Assembly (NCBI GenBank): GCA_964595285.1 | Contig: CAZQPS010000047.1 | Location: 27,317 to 91,316, forward strand | Source: an uncultured Dehalococcoidia bacterium | GTDB lineage: Bacteria; Chloroflexota; Dehalococcoidia; Lucifugimonadales; JADFKI01 | Length of the DNA stretch: 64,000 bases | Direction of reading: 5' to 3' | In this document: piece by piece, positions 27,114 through 36,279 of the stretch | Layout: every line of letters begins with the position of its first letter | Position numbering within the stretch: position 1 is the first letter of the stretch | Notes under the pieces: model-generated | Told to the model about the DNA's origin: nothing | Seen by the model: the letters and a program-made list of their open reading frames with translations, nothing else | Databases searched by the model: none | Made by a program: the position numbers and the translations under genes

Positions 27114-28250
27114 ATGACTACTACAAACAAACCCAAGACTCTGGTCGTTATACAACTGACTGGTGGAAACGACTTCATGAACACTATAGTTCCTTACACC
27201 AACGAACATTACTACGATTCTAGAAAAAAGGTTGTTCTTAGACAGGATGAAGTTCTGCCTATAAACAATGATTTAGCTATCAACTACAACGCTGCGCCCT
27301 TTAAGCGTATTTATGACGAAGGTAGAATGGCTATCGTTCAGGGTATCGGTTACCCTGACTCAAACAGATCACACTTCAGAGGTATGGATATTTGGCACAC
27401 AGCAGAACCAGACAGAGTTGGTAGCGAAGGTTGGCTTGGGCAGGCCGTCCGCCAATTGGATACCGGTGGAGAGAATGTGTTAACTGGCGTGAATGTAGGT
27501 GCTGGACTCCCAAGGGCAATGGCTGTAGCAGGCGTGCCTGTCACATCTGTGGGCGATCTTGAGGGTTATGGGGTAATGAGCAAGGTAGAACATCAACAAG
27601 TAAAGGAAAAGGCTCTGGAAGCATTTAAAGCCATATATGGTCAGGCCATAGGCAGCGGTCCAGTTGCGGAATATATAGGCCAAACAGGCTTAAATGTCCT
27701 AGACGGCGCGGACAGATTAGCAGAAGTAGCTAGCGGATATTCTTCCACCATTGAATATGCTGACAATGAAATATCAAAAAATTTGCGCGACGTCGCGAGG
27801 ATTCATCTAGCTGGTTTGGGAACTAGAATTTTCTATACCACCCATGGTGGATATGACACTCATGCAACAGAACTGCAAGGTCATCCTAAACTAATGAAGA
27901 ACCTCTCGGCAGCCATATCAGACTTCCTAGATGACTTGGACCAGCATGACGCAGGGGACGATGTGGTAATCCTTGTTTTCACTGAATTCGGCAGGCGCAT
28001 GCGAGACAACGGAAGCGGTACAGACCACGGCTCTGGCGGAGGAGCATTTCTATTCGGCAATAAAATAAGAGGCGGATTATACTCAGAGTATCCGTCACTT
28101 AAACCAGTGGACTGGGAACACGGGGAAGATCTCAAGCACACAATTGACTTCAGAGGTATTTACGGTACAGTGTTGGAACAATGGCTGGGAGTAGAGGCAC
28201 AACCAATAGTTAAGGGTGCTTTCGAGCAGATATCTCCATTCGCAAACTAG
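27114..28250 (+). CDS. DUF1501 domain-containing protein (sulfatase/alkaline-phosphatase-like fold)
   Basis: LVVIQLTGGNDFMNT, GIGYPDSNRSHF, HGGYDTHA and FTEFGRRMRDNGSGTDHG are DUF1501 hallmark blocks. It sits directly downstream of the DUF1800 gene, the usual pairing. Confidence 0.85.
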   Translation: MTTTNKPKTLVVIQLTGGNDFMNTIVPYTNEHYYDSRKKVVLRQDEVLPINNDLAINYNAAPFKRIYDEGRMAIVQGIGYPDSNRSHFRGMDIWHTAEPDRVGSEGWLGQAVRQLDTGGENVLTGVNVGAGLPRAMAVAGVPVTSVGDLEGYGVMSKVEHQQVKEKALEAFKAIYGQAIGSGPVAEYIGQTGLNVLDGADRLAEVASGYSSTIEYADNEISKNLRDVARIHLAGLGTRIFYTTHGGYDTHATELQGHPKLMKNLSAAISDFLDDLDQHDAGDDVVILVFTEFGRRMRDNGSGTDHGSGGGAFLFGNKIRGGLYSEYPSLKPVDWEHGEDLKHTIDFRGIYGTVLEQWLGVEAQPIVKGAFEQISPFAN

Positions 28251-28306
28251 TCTGATCTAAACTAGGTAAAAAGATATATAGTTGTTGTCCAAAGGAGTCT
28301 TTGAAT

Positions 28307-29338
28307 ATGACGAGACCACATGGAATATTGAGAGCAGGATACCCTTACCTAAGAACTCTAGGCATGCGTAGAATAACTAATTTCCCGGTTGATGTAGCCT
28401 TCGGAAAAGACAACATGATTTACGTTTTATGTCGGGCTGAAGGCCAGGCCTTGATTAGAGTTTGGCCTATAGAGGACATGGAACAACAAACTGATGATTT
28501 AAAAGGTATAGGAAATGGTTACGGAACGGGAGACGGTCAGCTCCTATGGCCAGTTCAAATAATTACAGACGCTGACAACAACGTCTATGTGACAGATGAA
28601 GCAGCCAACAAAGTTACCGTGTTTGATAGTAATGCGCAATTCGTTTCGAAATGGGGAAAAGAAGGCAGTTGTGAAGGGCAATTCGACGGTCCTACAGGAA
28701 TTGCTCTGCACGACGACGGACACTTGGTATTAGTTGACTCCAAGAACAATAGAATCCAGAGATACACCACTTCCGGCGAATATCTAGGAGCATTTGGTGA
28801 AGCAGGAAGCGATCCTGGACAACTTAATCTCCCTTGGGGAGTCCATGTAGACGAACTCGGGGATATCTATGTATCCGATTGGGGAAACAATAGATGCCAG
28901 GTGTTTGACAGAACCGGGAATTTAAAAACGATCATTGGTAGATACGGCCATGGAGAAGGAGAATTTGACCGACCTACGGGCATAGCAGTCGACGGTCATG
29001 GAGACATATACGTTGCAGATAGTGGTAATGATAGAGTCCAAATGTTTAACTCGGAAGGGCAATATATAGCGAGCTTCAAAGGCGATGCTTCTTTGTCCAA
29101 AGTGGCAAGAGCCTTCATGCTTACAAATGCTATGTCTAATAGACTTAGAGAATCTGGCCGAATAGAACAAGAGAAATATCTCCGTAAACCCAGATCTGTC
29201 CGTATCGATGATTCATTCCGATTATTCATACCTGACTACGAAAGCTACCGAATACAAGTTTACGAAAAGGATTTTCTTGTCTTGGATGAAACACAACTTT
29301 CCAGCCCTCTAAGAAATCCTACTCTTGAAGTAACCTAA
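28307..29338 (+). CDS. NHL repeat-containing beta-propeller protein
   Basis: Repeated units of the type G.G.G.F..P.GIA.D..G.iYV.D..NnRvQ.F (for example GEGEFDRPTGIAVDGHGDIYVADSGNDRVQMF). ATG 28307 follows an AAGGAG RBS. Confidence 0.85.
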   Translation: MTRPHGILRAGYPYLRTLGMRRITNFPVDVAFGKDNMIYVLCRAEGQALIRVWPIEDMEQQTDDLKGIGNGYGTGDGQLLWPVQIITDADNNVYVTDEAANKVTVFDSNAQFVSKWGKEGSCEGQFDGPTGIALHDDGHLVLVDSKNNRIQRYTTSGEYLGAFGEAGSDPGQLNLPWGVHVDELGDIYVSDWGNNRCQVFDRTGNLKTIIGRYGHGEGEFDRPTGIAVDGHGDIYVADSGNDRVQMFNSEGQYIASFKGDASLSKVARAFMLTNAMSNRLRESGRIEQEKYLRKPRSVRIDDSFRLFIPDYESYRIQVYEKDFLVLDETQLSSPLRNPTLEVT

Positions 29339-29532
29339 AATGTAGCTCAGATTGGGTAAAGCTTCGAACATTGACTTGCAATACTCAAAAAAGCAATTTC
29401 TGGACCTTGACGACGATTCTCTTTCAGGTAGTCGGCCAATGATACTTTAACATGGAATTTAAGGTAGACTACTAACTAAGCTCGGTATAACACGTTCAGG
29501 CAATGCACTCCTAACATAAGCCTAGGCCAACT

Positions 29533-30786
29533 ATGAATACTCATAATAATGCTGCCGCATTGACACCAATAAGAATCTGTGACTTCTCCGGCCAGTTAGC
29601 CGGAGCAGGAGCCACACGATATTTGGCTGCAATGGGAGCACAAGTGATTCGTATTGAGGACCGTCTTTCAAGGGGTGGCTGGGATATGTTTAGAGGAACA
29701 GGACCATACAAAGACGATAGGAGGGGTCATAACCTAGGTGGAATGTACAACAATCACAACATTGAAAAGTTAGGAATAACTTTGAACGCAAAATCACTTG
29801 AAGGCCAAGAAATACTCAGGGAATTGGTTTCAATAAGTGATGTCGTCACTGAGAATTTTAGCGCAGGGGTTATGGAAAGATGGGGATTCGGATACGAAGA
29901 AATGCAAAAAGTGAAACCCGATATTATATATGTATCCAATTCTGGCTTTGGACACAGCGGTCCATATAAGTCATTCAAGTCTTGGGGACCAGTGGTGCAG
30001 GCAGTTTCAGGATTAACATACCAATCAGGCCTGCCCAATATGCCTCCCGCGGGATTGGGATACTCTTACATGGACCACACTGGAGGCTATTTGATGGCGA
30101 TAGCGATATTAATGGCCTTATATCACCGTTATAAAACTGGTGAGGGGCAATATGTCGACATGTCTTGTACCGATGCTGCTCTCGCTCTAAATGGCCCTGC
30201 CCTTCTCGACTATACTGTGAACGGACGTCCTTCATCCAGCGTTGGTCAACCCAACAGCAATCGTAGTCATTACCCACCAATGGCTCCACATGGAATATAC
30301 AAAAGCCGCGGCAATGACAAATGGATTGCTATAGCCGTTCGTACCGAGGAAGAATGGAAATTACTTAGCAATTTATTTGCAATGCAAGGCATAAAAGACT
30401 TGGACAAGTATGCTACGTTGGATAAAAGATTGGAACAAGAAGACGAACTAGATAATCTAGTCACGTCATGGACTGAGAAACGAACTTCATATGAAAGTAT
30501 GAATACTCTGCAAAGACTCGGAATTCCTGCCGCAAGCGTTCAAAATCCTGAAGAACGAATAGATAAAGATCCTAACATTCTTGCCTGGAATGCATTTCCT
30601 GAAGTCCAACACGCTGAGATGGGGCCTACCAGAGTAGAAGGACTCGCTATGAAGTTTACAAAAACTCCCGCCACTATTGGGAAAGGAGGAAACCTCCTCG
30701 GAGAGGATAATAAGTACGTCTACGAGGAGATTCTTAATATAGACCCAAATATATTGACGAACTTACAGTCCATTGGAGTCATCTAA
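29533..30786 (+). CDS. family III CoA-transferase (CaiB/BaiF family)
   Basis: IRICDFSGQLAGAGATRYLAAMGAQVIRIE is the family N-terminal pattern (v.d.s...aGp.a...La.lGA.VikvE). Typical length of 417 aa. Confidence 0.88.
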   Translation: MNTHNNAAALTPIRICDFSGQLAGAGATRYLAAMGAQVIRIEDRLSRGGWDMFRGTGPYKDDRRGHNLGGMYNNHNIEKLGITLNAKSLEGQEILRELVSISDVVTENFSAGVMERWGFGYEEMQKVKPDIIYVSNSGFGHSGPYKSFKSWGPVVQAVSGLTYQSGLPNMPPAGLGYSYMDHTGGYLMAIAILMALYHRYKTGEGQYVDMSCTDAALALNGPALLDYTVNGRPSSSVGQPNSNRSHYPPMAPHGIYKSRGNDKWIAIAVRTEEEWKLLSNLFAMQGIKDLDKYATLDKRLEQEDELDNLVTSWTEKRTSYESMNTLQRLGIPAASVQNPEERIDKDPNILAWNAFPEVQHAEMGPTRVEGLAMKFTKTPATIGKGGNLLGEDNKYVYEEILNIDPNILTNLQSIGVI

Positions 30787-32040
30787 ATGACCAGCGTTCT
30801 GAACGACATACATGTTTTGGAAATTGGAAGTGATTTAGGGGCATGGTGCGGTAAGCTTCTTGCAGACATGGGAGCCACCGTCACCAAAATAGAGCCTCTG
30901 TCTGGCGATCCAATGAGATCTTACGCCCCATTTTATAAAGACATTCCAAATAAGAACTCAAGTCTATATTTCTGGCACTATAATACTAATAAGAGGAGTG
31001 TTACTCTTGACCTGGATATGGAAGAAGGGCGGGAACTCTTCCGTCGACTCATTAGTAAGACCGACGTAGTAATTGACTCATTACCACCTGGACAATTGAC
31101 AAATTACGACTTAGGGTACACCTCATTATCCAAAATAAACTCGGCAATCATATTGGCCTCTCTGTCTCCTTTTGGACAATCCCTGCCATACAGCGATTAT
31201 CAAGCAACTGATCTGACCGCTTTAGCATTTGGAGGATCTGCCTGGAGTTGCGGTTACGACGATCATGAATTACCACCTGTCAGATGTGGCGGAAATCAGG
31301 CATATCACACGGTAAGCCATTTTGCCGCCATGGGCATAATGACAGCTCTCATTCATCGGCAATTCTCGGGAGAAGGTCAATTTATAGATGTAAATATGCA
31401 TGCAGCTCAAAATGTAACTACTGAGGGAGGAGCCTATAACTGGCTAATAGCCCAAGAAACCGTTCAAAGACAGACGGGACGACATGCCTCTGTGGCACCA
31501 ACCCCACCGACGCAAATCAAATGCCGCGACGACAAATACGTTAATATTGGATTCCCTGCGCGAACTGAAGAACAGTGGTTCCAATTACTGGCCTGGCTTG
31601 ATGATCATGATCTAGTGGGCAACCTATCAGACTATCTGACTCCACCAAATCGAGAAGCTATTGTGCGTAGAGATCCCGATGCGATAAAACATATGCATCT
31701 AGTGATGCAGGCAGTTGAAAAACTGTGCCAAACGTCAAACGCCAAAGATATATTTGCGAAAGCACAAGAACTGGGATTTCAATGGGGAGTAGTTTATGCG
31801 CCTGACGAAGCAATGGAAGATGAACATTTTCTTGCTCGGAATATGCGAATAGAAGTCTCACATCCTGAACAGGAACGGTTTTTCGCCTACCCCGGATCCC
31901 CTTATAAATTTGAGCTGACTCCCTGGAACATAAAAAGACGTCCCCCACTATTAGGTGAAGACAATGACACTGTGTATGCACAGGAGCTTGGGATTGACAG
32001 TACCAACCTGACTGAATTGAAATCACAAGACGTTATATGA
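30787..32040 (+). CDS. family III CoA-transferase (CaiB/BaiF family), second paralog
   Basis: IHVLEIGSDLGAWCGKLLADMGATVTKIE. Its start abuts the upstream paralog's stop (TAAATG). It ends on TGA at 32038..32040. Confidence 0.88.
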   Translation: MTSVLNDIHVLEIGSDLGAWCGKLLADMGATVTKIEPLSGDPMRSYAPFYKDIPNKNSSLYFWHYNTNKRSVTLDLDMEEGRELFRRLISKTDVVIDSLPPGQLTNYDLGYTSLSKINSAIILASLSPFGQSLPYSDYQATDLTALAFGGSAWSCGYDDHELPPVRCGGNQAYHTVSHFAAMGIMTALIHRQFSGEGQFIDVNMHAAQNVTTEGGAYNWLIAQETVQRQTGRHASVAPTPPTQIKCRDDKYVNIGFPARTEEQWFQLLAWLDDHDLVGNLSDYLTPPNREAIVRRDPDAIKHMHLVMQAVEKLCQTSNAKDIFAKAQELGFQWGVVYAPDEAMEDEHFLARNMRIEVSHPEQERFFAYPGSPYKFELTPWNIKRRPPLLGEDNDTVYAQELGIDSTNLTELKSQDVI

Positions 32041-32120
32041 CTCTCCTTGCAAACAAGGAAGTGGCCAATATAGAATGCGCTGCATAACTCCAGCATAAAG
32101 GTCGTCAAAGTGAGGTAACC

Positions 32121-33278
32121 ATGAATTCGCTCAGAGGTAAAACTGCTATTGTTGGCATAGGAGAAGTGCCCACCCGTCGGCAATACGAAAATCGAACAAT
32201 GTACGGACTCTGCGCCGATGCCTCAAAATTGGCAATTGAAGATGCAGGGATACAAAAAGAAGAAATAAATGGACTTGTCACCGATGGCGCCTACGGCACT
32301 CCTGCATCCATGGCTGAATATATAGGCATCCGCCCCACTTTCGCGACTGGTGTCACAATGCAGGGAGCTAGTGGAGCTAGTGCTACCACTGTAGCAGCGT
32401 TAGCAATAAACGGAGGCATGTGCGATACAGTTCTAGTCGTTATGGGGAATTCAAGGAGAGATCGCGACCGAATGGGGAATGCCGCTCCATCTGTCCGCAC
32501 AGAATGGGAAGATCCATTTGGTATGGCTCCAGGAGCCAACACGGGATACGGACTCCTTTACCAGAGACATATGCATGAATATGGGACAACGGAGAGACAA
32601 TTAGCCCAACTTGCAGTTAATCAAAGATTTAATGCCGAGTTTAATGAAAACGCTGTGTTCAAGGATCAACTTATAACCGTTGATGACGTACTAAATTCCA
32701 GATATATAAACAGGCCTCTAAAGCTCCTTGAATCTGTGATGCCTTGCGATGGGGCAGCAGCTTTGATAATCACTACAGCTGAAAAGGCCAAAACCCTACC
32801 GAACCTACCAGCCTATCTACTTGGTGCTGGAATGGAGCAAGGTGCTGCTAATCTATGGCAAACTTCACAAGTTACAACAAGTCCAGTCGCAGTCTCCGCC
32901 CCTAGAGCCTTCGCTATGGCCGGCTATAATCCATCCGACATGGAATTTGCACAATTCTACGACTGATATACAATCCTCGCGGCCGTGTGCCTCGAAGATG
33001 CCGGTTTAGTAAGCAAGGGTGATATAGGGCCTTATTTGGAATCTACTGATACCACCTACAAAGGTACCTTCCCGATTAATACTGATGGAGGGCAGCTCTC
33101 TGGTGGTCAGCCTGGGCTTGCTGGCGGATTCAGACACGTGATTGAAGGCGCTAGACAAGTAATGGGTAAGGCTGGCAAAAGACAAGTTGAAAGGAACGAC
33201 ATCGGTATGGTCAATGGCTGAGGTGGTACAGCGAGTGAGATGTGCTCGCTGATTCTCGGGTCCGAGAACACTTTATAA
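32121..33278 (+). CDS. thiolase-fold protein (SCP2/Ltp-type, DUF35-partner class) containing two in-frame TGA codons (32964..32966 and 33219..33221): candidate selenoprotein, or alternatively a pseudogene
   Basis: A single reading frame joins track ORFs 32121..32966 and 32985..33221 plus 18 further codons to TAA 33276..33278. Family blocks continue across both TGAs: AIVGIGEVP.., DGAAALIITTAEKA, EFAQFYD-TGA-YTILAAVCLEDAG, PINTDGGQLSGGQPG, VNG-TGA-GGTASEMCSLILG. Confidence 0.55.
32977..32995 (+). promoter_or_regulatory. candidate SECIS-like hairpin after the first in-frame TGA
   Basis: TCG-c-GGC / loop CGTGT / GCC-t-CGA: 6 bp with one C/T mismatch. The apical loop begins 17 nt after the TGA and has G at loop position 2. 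Confidence 0.3.
33229..33251 (+). promoter_or_regulatory. candidate SECIS-like hairpin after the second in-frame TGA
   Basis: Perfect 7-bp stem CAGCGAG/CTCGCTG with a 9-nt loop TGAGATGTG. The stem starts 7 nt after the TGA. No T-tract follows, so it does not look like a terminator. Confidence 0.45.
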
Positions 33279-33311
33279 ATCAAGAAATTGCCCTAGGTTT
33301 AGGACAGCAAT

Positions 33312-33734
33312 ATGAATTCAAATACAATTAGACCTCTACCTGTGCCCGTCAATGACGCCTTATCCAAACCATTTTGGGAAGGAACCAGAAAGCACGAGTT
33401 GCGAATGCCTATATGCAATTCGTGCTCGGGTATTTTCTTTTATCCCCGAGAACGTTGCCCAGAATGTCTATCCGACGATTTAGATTGGTCAACAGTAAGC
33501 GGATTAGGACGCCTACATACTTATACTATAATTGAACAGTCCGTACACCCATATTTTCTCAAAGACATCCCGTATGTCTATGCGATGATCCAATTAAACG
33601 AAGGTCCTCGAATAATTTCTAATATTATCAACTGTCCGTTGACCGAAATCAAAATAGACATGGAAGTTAGAGCAGTTTACGAAGATCTAAATGATGATAC
33701 AACTCTGATCAATTTTGAGCCTGCCCAATCCTAG
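33312..33734 (+). CDS. Zn-ribbon/OB-fold protein (DUF35 family)
   Basis: PFWEGTRKHELRMPICNSCSGIFFYPRERCPECLSDDLDWSTVSGLGRLHTYTII is the DUF35 rubredoxin-like Cys4 region plus the OB-fold start. It lies downstream of a thiolase-fold gene, as usual for this family. Confidence 0.88.
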   Translation: MNSNTIRPLPVPVNDALSKPFWEGTRKHELRMPICNSCSGIFFYPRERCPECLSDDLDWSTVSGLGRLHTYTIIEQSVHPYFLKDIPYVYAMIQLNEGPRIISNIINCPLTEIKIDMEVRAVYEDLNDDTTLINFEPAQS

Positions 33735-33738
33735 TTAT

Positions 33739-34095
33739 TTATTGTGAACAAAAAATGGATTCTTTCCAATCAAGAAATTCTATGGAATCTACGCGTAAGA
33801 ATTGAAATCCAGCTTTTTGCGCAAAATATTCGTCCATATCCGTATCACCAATATGTAAATAACTATCAGATTCAAAGGTAGTCATCACATCGTTCAGTCT
33901 GTTCTTAAGAACTGTAAAGTCTACCTGAAGACCCTGCTTCTCCCACATGTTATTCTGGTAGCTTACGGGTCTATCGGAGCAACTACCCAATATATTCCCT
34001 TTATTCTTAAGTATTTGGATCATGTCCATAGTTACGCTGCCCTTAGGATCTCCGGTTTCTAATGTTCCATCTATATCAAAGCTTATCAAAGGCAA
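33739..34095 (-). CDS. small HAD-superfamily hydrolase (cap-less)
   Basis: Motif I FDIDGT, motif II GSCSDR, and a motif IV-like GDTDMD. 118 aa. Confidence 0.65.
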   Translation of the reverse strand: MPLISFDIDGTLETGDPKGSVTMDMIQILKNKGNILGSCSDRPVSYQNNMWEKQGLQVDFTVLKNRLNDVMTTFESDSYLHIGDTDMDEYFAQKAGFQFLRVDSIEFLDWKESIFCSQ

Positions 34096-34381
34096 TCAAA
34101 TCCTCCGTAGTGGGACAATGTTGGAGTGTTCCAAAATTATATTCTTATCCGTCCGTAATATCTTCGTAATCCTACTATGTCGATATATAGTTGATTTATT
34201 ATGGAAGAGCTTACAAACGACATATAAGCATATTCATCGACATTGATCGTATAATGTTCAAAGAGTAATATCTAGTCTAAATACTTTACCAATATGCCTT
34301 TTTATACGCTAATTACTATAGGAATATACGTGAACTCCCACTTCTAAATCACCATACCATTATCAAAAAGGAGTGCATACA

Positions 34382-35404
34382 ATGCATAAGAAAATACATT
34401 CAGTTGCCGGTACCGGCTATCTAGGGTACGAAGGAGACGGAGGGCTTGCAGTTGACTCTATGTTGAATAGTCCCTTTCACGTGGAATTAGACCCTAGCGA
34501 AAAATTCTTGTACATAGCTGATTGTTTCAATTTCGTCATACGAAAAGTAGATTTGAAGACCGGCATAATTTCGACGATTGCAGGTACCGGTCGGTCAGGA
34601 TACACTGGCGACGGTGATTTGGCCATCAACGCAGATATTGACGAAATATACGCCATTCAAGTCGATCACAAAGGCAACCTTTACATGTTACAAAGACTTA
34701 TCCCCTGTATACGTAAGATAGATCTAAATACCGGAGTAATTCAAACAATTGCAGGGACTGGCATAAGTGGATACTCGGGTGATAATGGCTTAGCCGTGCA
34801 GGCTACTATGAAAGAACCTAATGATTGTGTTTTAGACGGACACGGAGGACTCCTAGTAGCAGACGTCCAAGACCAACGCATCAGAAAAATAGATCTTAAT
34901 TCTGGATTGATTACTACTTTTGCAGGTACGGGTGAAAAGGCGCATTCGGGAGATGACCAGGATGCACGTTATGCAGCCTTACACGGCGCTAGGGCTGTAT
35001 GTGTGGATACCATAGGAAATACATATCTCTGTGAAAGAGAAGGTAATACACTACGTAAAATAGACGCTGATGGCATAATTAGTACAGTAGCGGGCACTGG
35101 GGAAAAAGGATACGAAGGTGATGGAGGACCAGCTACAGCAGCTACACTTAACGGTCCAAAGGCTATTCGATGCGACCCTGATGGAAACGTGTTTATAGTA
35201 GATACAGAAAATCACGCTATAAGGAAACTTGATGTTAGCAGTGGTATTTTGACAACCGTCTCTGGCGGTCATGAAGGTCCTGATGGTGACGGAGGACAGG
35301 CAATTTTATCTGGCATGGGAAGACCCCATGGAGTAGTTATAGACAAATCAGGTGGTCATTATGTAGCCGATACTCAAAATCATCGCGTTAGATATATTGG
35401 ATAA
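34382..35404 (+). CDS. NHL-type repeat beta-propeller protein
   Basis: Six repeats of IAGTG..GY.GDGG.A..A.L..P..v..D..GN.y..D...H.IRK.D. ATG 34382 follows an AAGGAG RBS. Confidence 0.82.
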   Translation: MHKKIHSVAGTGYLGYEGDGGLAVDSMLNSPFHVELDPSEKFLYIADCFNFVIRKVDLKTGIISTIAGTGRSGYTGDGDLAINADIDEIYAIQVDHKGNLYMLQRLIPCIRKIDLNTGVIQTIAGTGISGYSGDNGLAVQATMKEPNDCVLDGHGGLLVADVQDQRIRKIDLNSGLITTFAGTGEKAHSGDDQDARYAALHGARAVCVDTIGNTYLCEREGNTLRKIDADGIISTVAGTGEKGYEGDGGPATAATLNGPKAIRCDPDGNVFIVDTENHAIRKLDVSSGILTTVSGGHEGPDGDGGQAILSGMGRPHGVVIDKSGGHYVADTQNHRVRYIG

Positions 35405-35458
35405 CAAAGTGCAAACTAAAAGCTGCTAGTCAAATCGAAATCTACCATTTCAACACGC

Positions 35459-35980
35459 CTATGCAAAACCACGTTCATTTACCATCATAGTTTTAGTTTC
35501 TACATCTACCTCTAAAACCACTTTTTTTCTAGCAGGGAGGAGTATATCCTTTTTACGGCCAGGTTTACGAATGACATATACATCATTGGCTCCCGTTTGT
35601 ATTATTTCGTATACCGTGCCCAATTCTTCTCCAGAAACTGTTTTAACTAACATATCCAAAATTTGATAGTGATAATATTCACCTTCAGAAATGGGAGGAG
35701 GCACTTCGGTTTCTGGAATAGTCAGCAAACATCCATTATGCTTTTGTGCTTCGGATCTAGAATTCAGGAGGTCTAACTTTATAATTAATACTTTATTAGC
35801 AATTCTGGAACTTTGAATCACCGCTAGACGGCCTTCCACAAATAGACGTTTGCCATTAGAAAATCTATTCTGTGCATCCGAAAAGCTCTCGACTTTGACC
35901 TCTCCATGAATACCCCAGGCCCCTCGAACACGTCCGACAATCACATCATTAGTATTGCTGCTGTTCAAACGATTTCTCAC
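35459..35980 (-). CDS. rimM: ribosome maturation factor RimM
   Basis: VGRVRGAWGIHGEVKVESFSD (RimM N-terminal barrel) and a PRC-barrel-like C-terminus (EYYHYQILDMLV). GTG start. It lies in an rpsP-KH-rimM context. Confidence 0.88.
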   Translation of the reverse strand: MRNRLNSSNTNDVIVGRVRGAWGIHGEVKVESFSDAQNRFSNGKRLFVEGRLAVIQSSRIANKVLIIKLDLLNSRSEAQKHNGCLLTIPETEVPPPISEGEYYHYQILDMLVKTVSGEELGTVYEIIQTGANDVYVIRKPGRKKDILLPARKKVVLEVDVETKTMMVNERGFA

Positions 35981-36039
35981 TCACATTAAATAGAAGGCTG
36001 ATTGTAAATAATGTTTGGGATTTCCTAGAGAGGCGTGGA

Positions 36040-36279
36040 TTATTCTATATCCAACATAGCTCTAGTATTCTGCTTCACTGCAGCAACGCGTAATAACGAT
36101 CTGATTGGTTGCGCCATTCTTCCGTGGCGCCCAATTACCTTACCTTTATCCTCCGGAGCCACCTGTAATTTAATCAGGGTCCTACCGTCAGACTCTTCTT
36201 CCACTACGTTTACGCTATCCGGTTGCGATACGATAGATTTAGCTATGTACTCTATTAATTCTTTCATGTCTGTATTCAC
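36040..36279 (-). CDS. KH domain RNA-binding protein (YlqC/UPF0109 family)
   Basis: 79 aa. VAPEDKGKVIGRHGRMAQPIRSLLRVAA contains the GxxG KH motif. It sits between rpsP and rimM. Confidence 0.88.
   Translation of the reverse strand: MNTDMKELIEYIAKSIVSQPDSVNVVEEESDGRTLIKLQVAPEDKGKVIGRHGRMAQPIRSLLRVAAVKQNTRAMLDIE

Noticed and set aside
33229-33251. The 7-bp hairpin as a simple transcription terminator after a genuine TGA stop at 33219.
   Set aside because: It is not fully excluded, but three points argue against it:
- No U-tract follows the stem.
- The next gene (DUF35) is 60 nt further on in the same direction and is normally co-expressed.
- The 18 codons after the TGA encode the expected family C-terminus (GG.......LIL).
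32038-33278. Genome-wide reassignment of TGA (genetic code 4 or 25) as the explanation for the in-frame TGAs.
   Set aside because: Well-conserved neighbouring genes terminate exactly at TGA with normal C-termini: the second CoA-transferase at 32038..32040 and prmC at 43085..43087. All other conserved genes are free of internal TGA. Site-specific recoding or pseudogenisation fits better.
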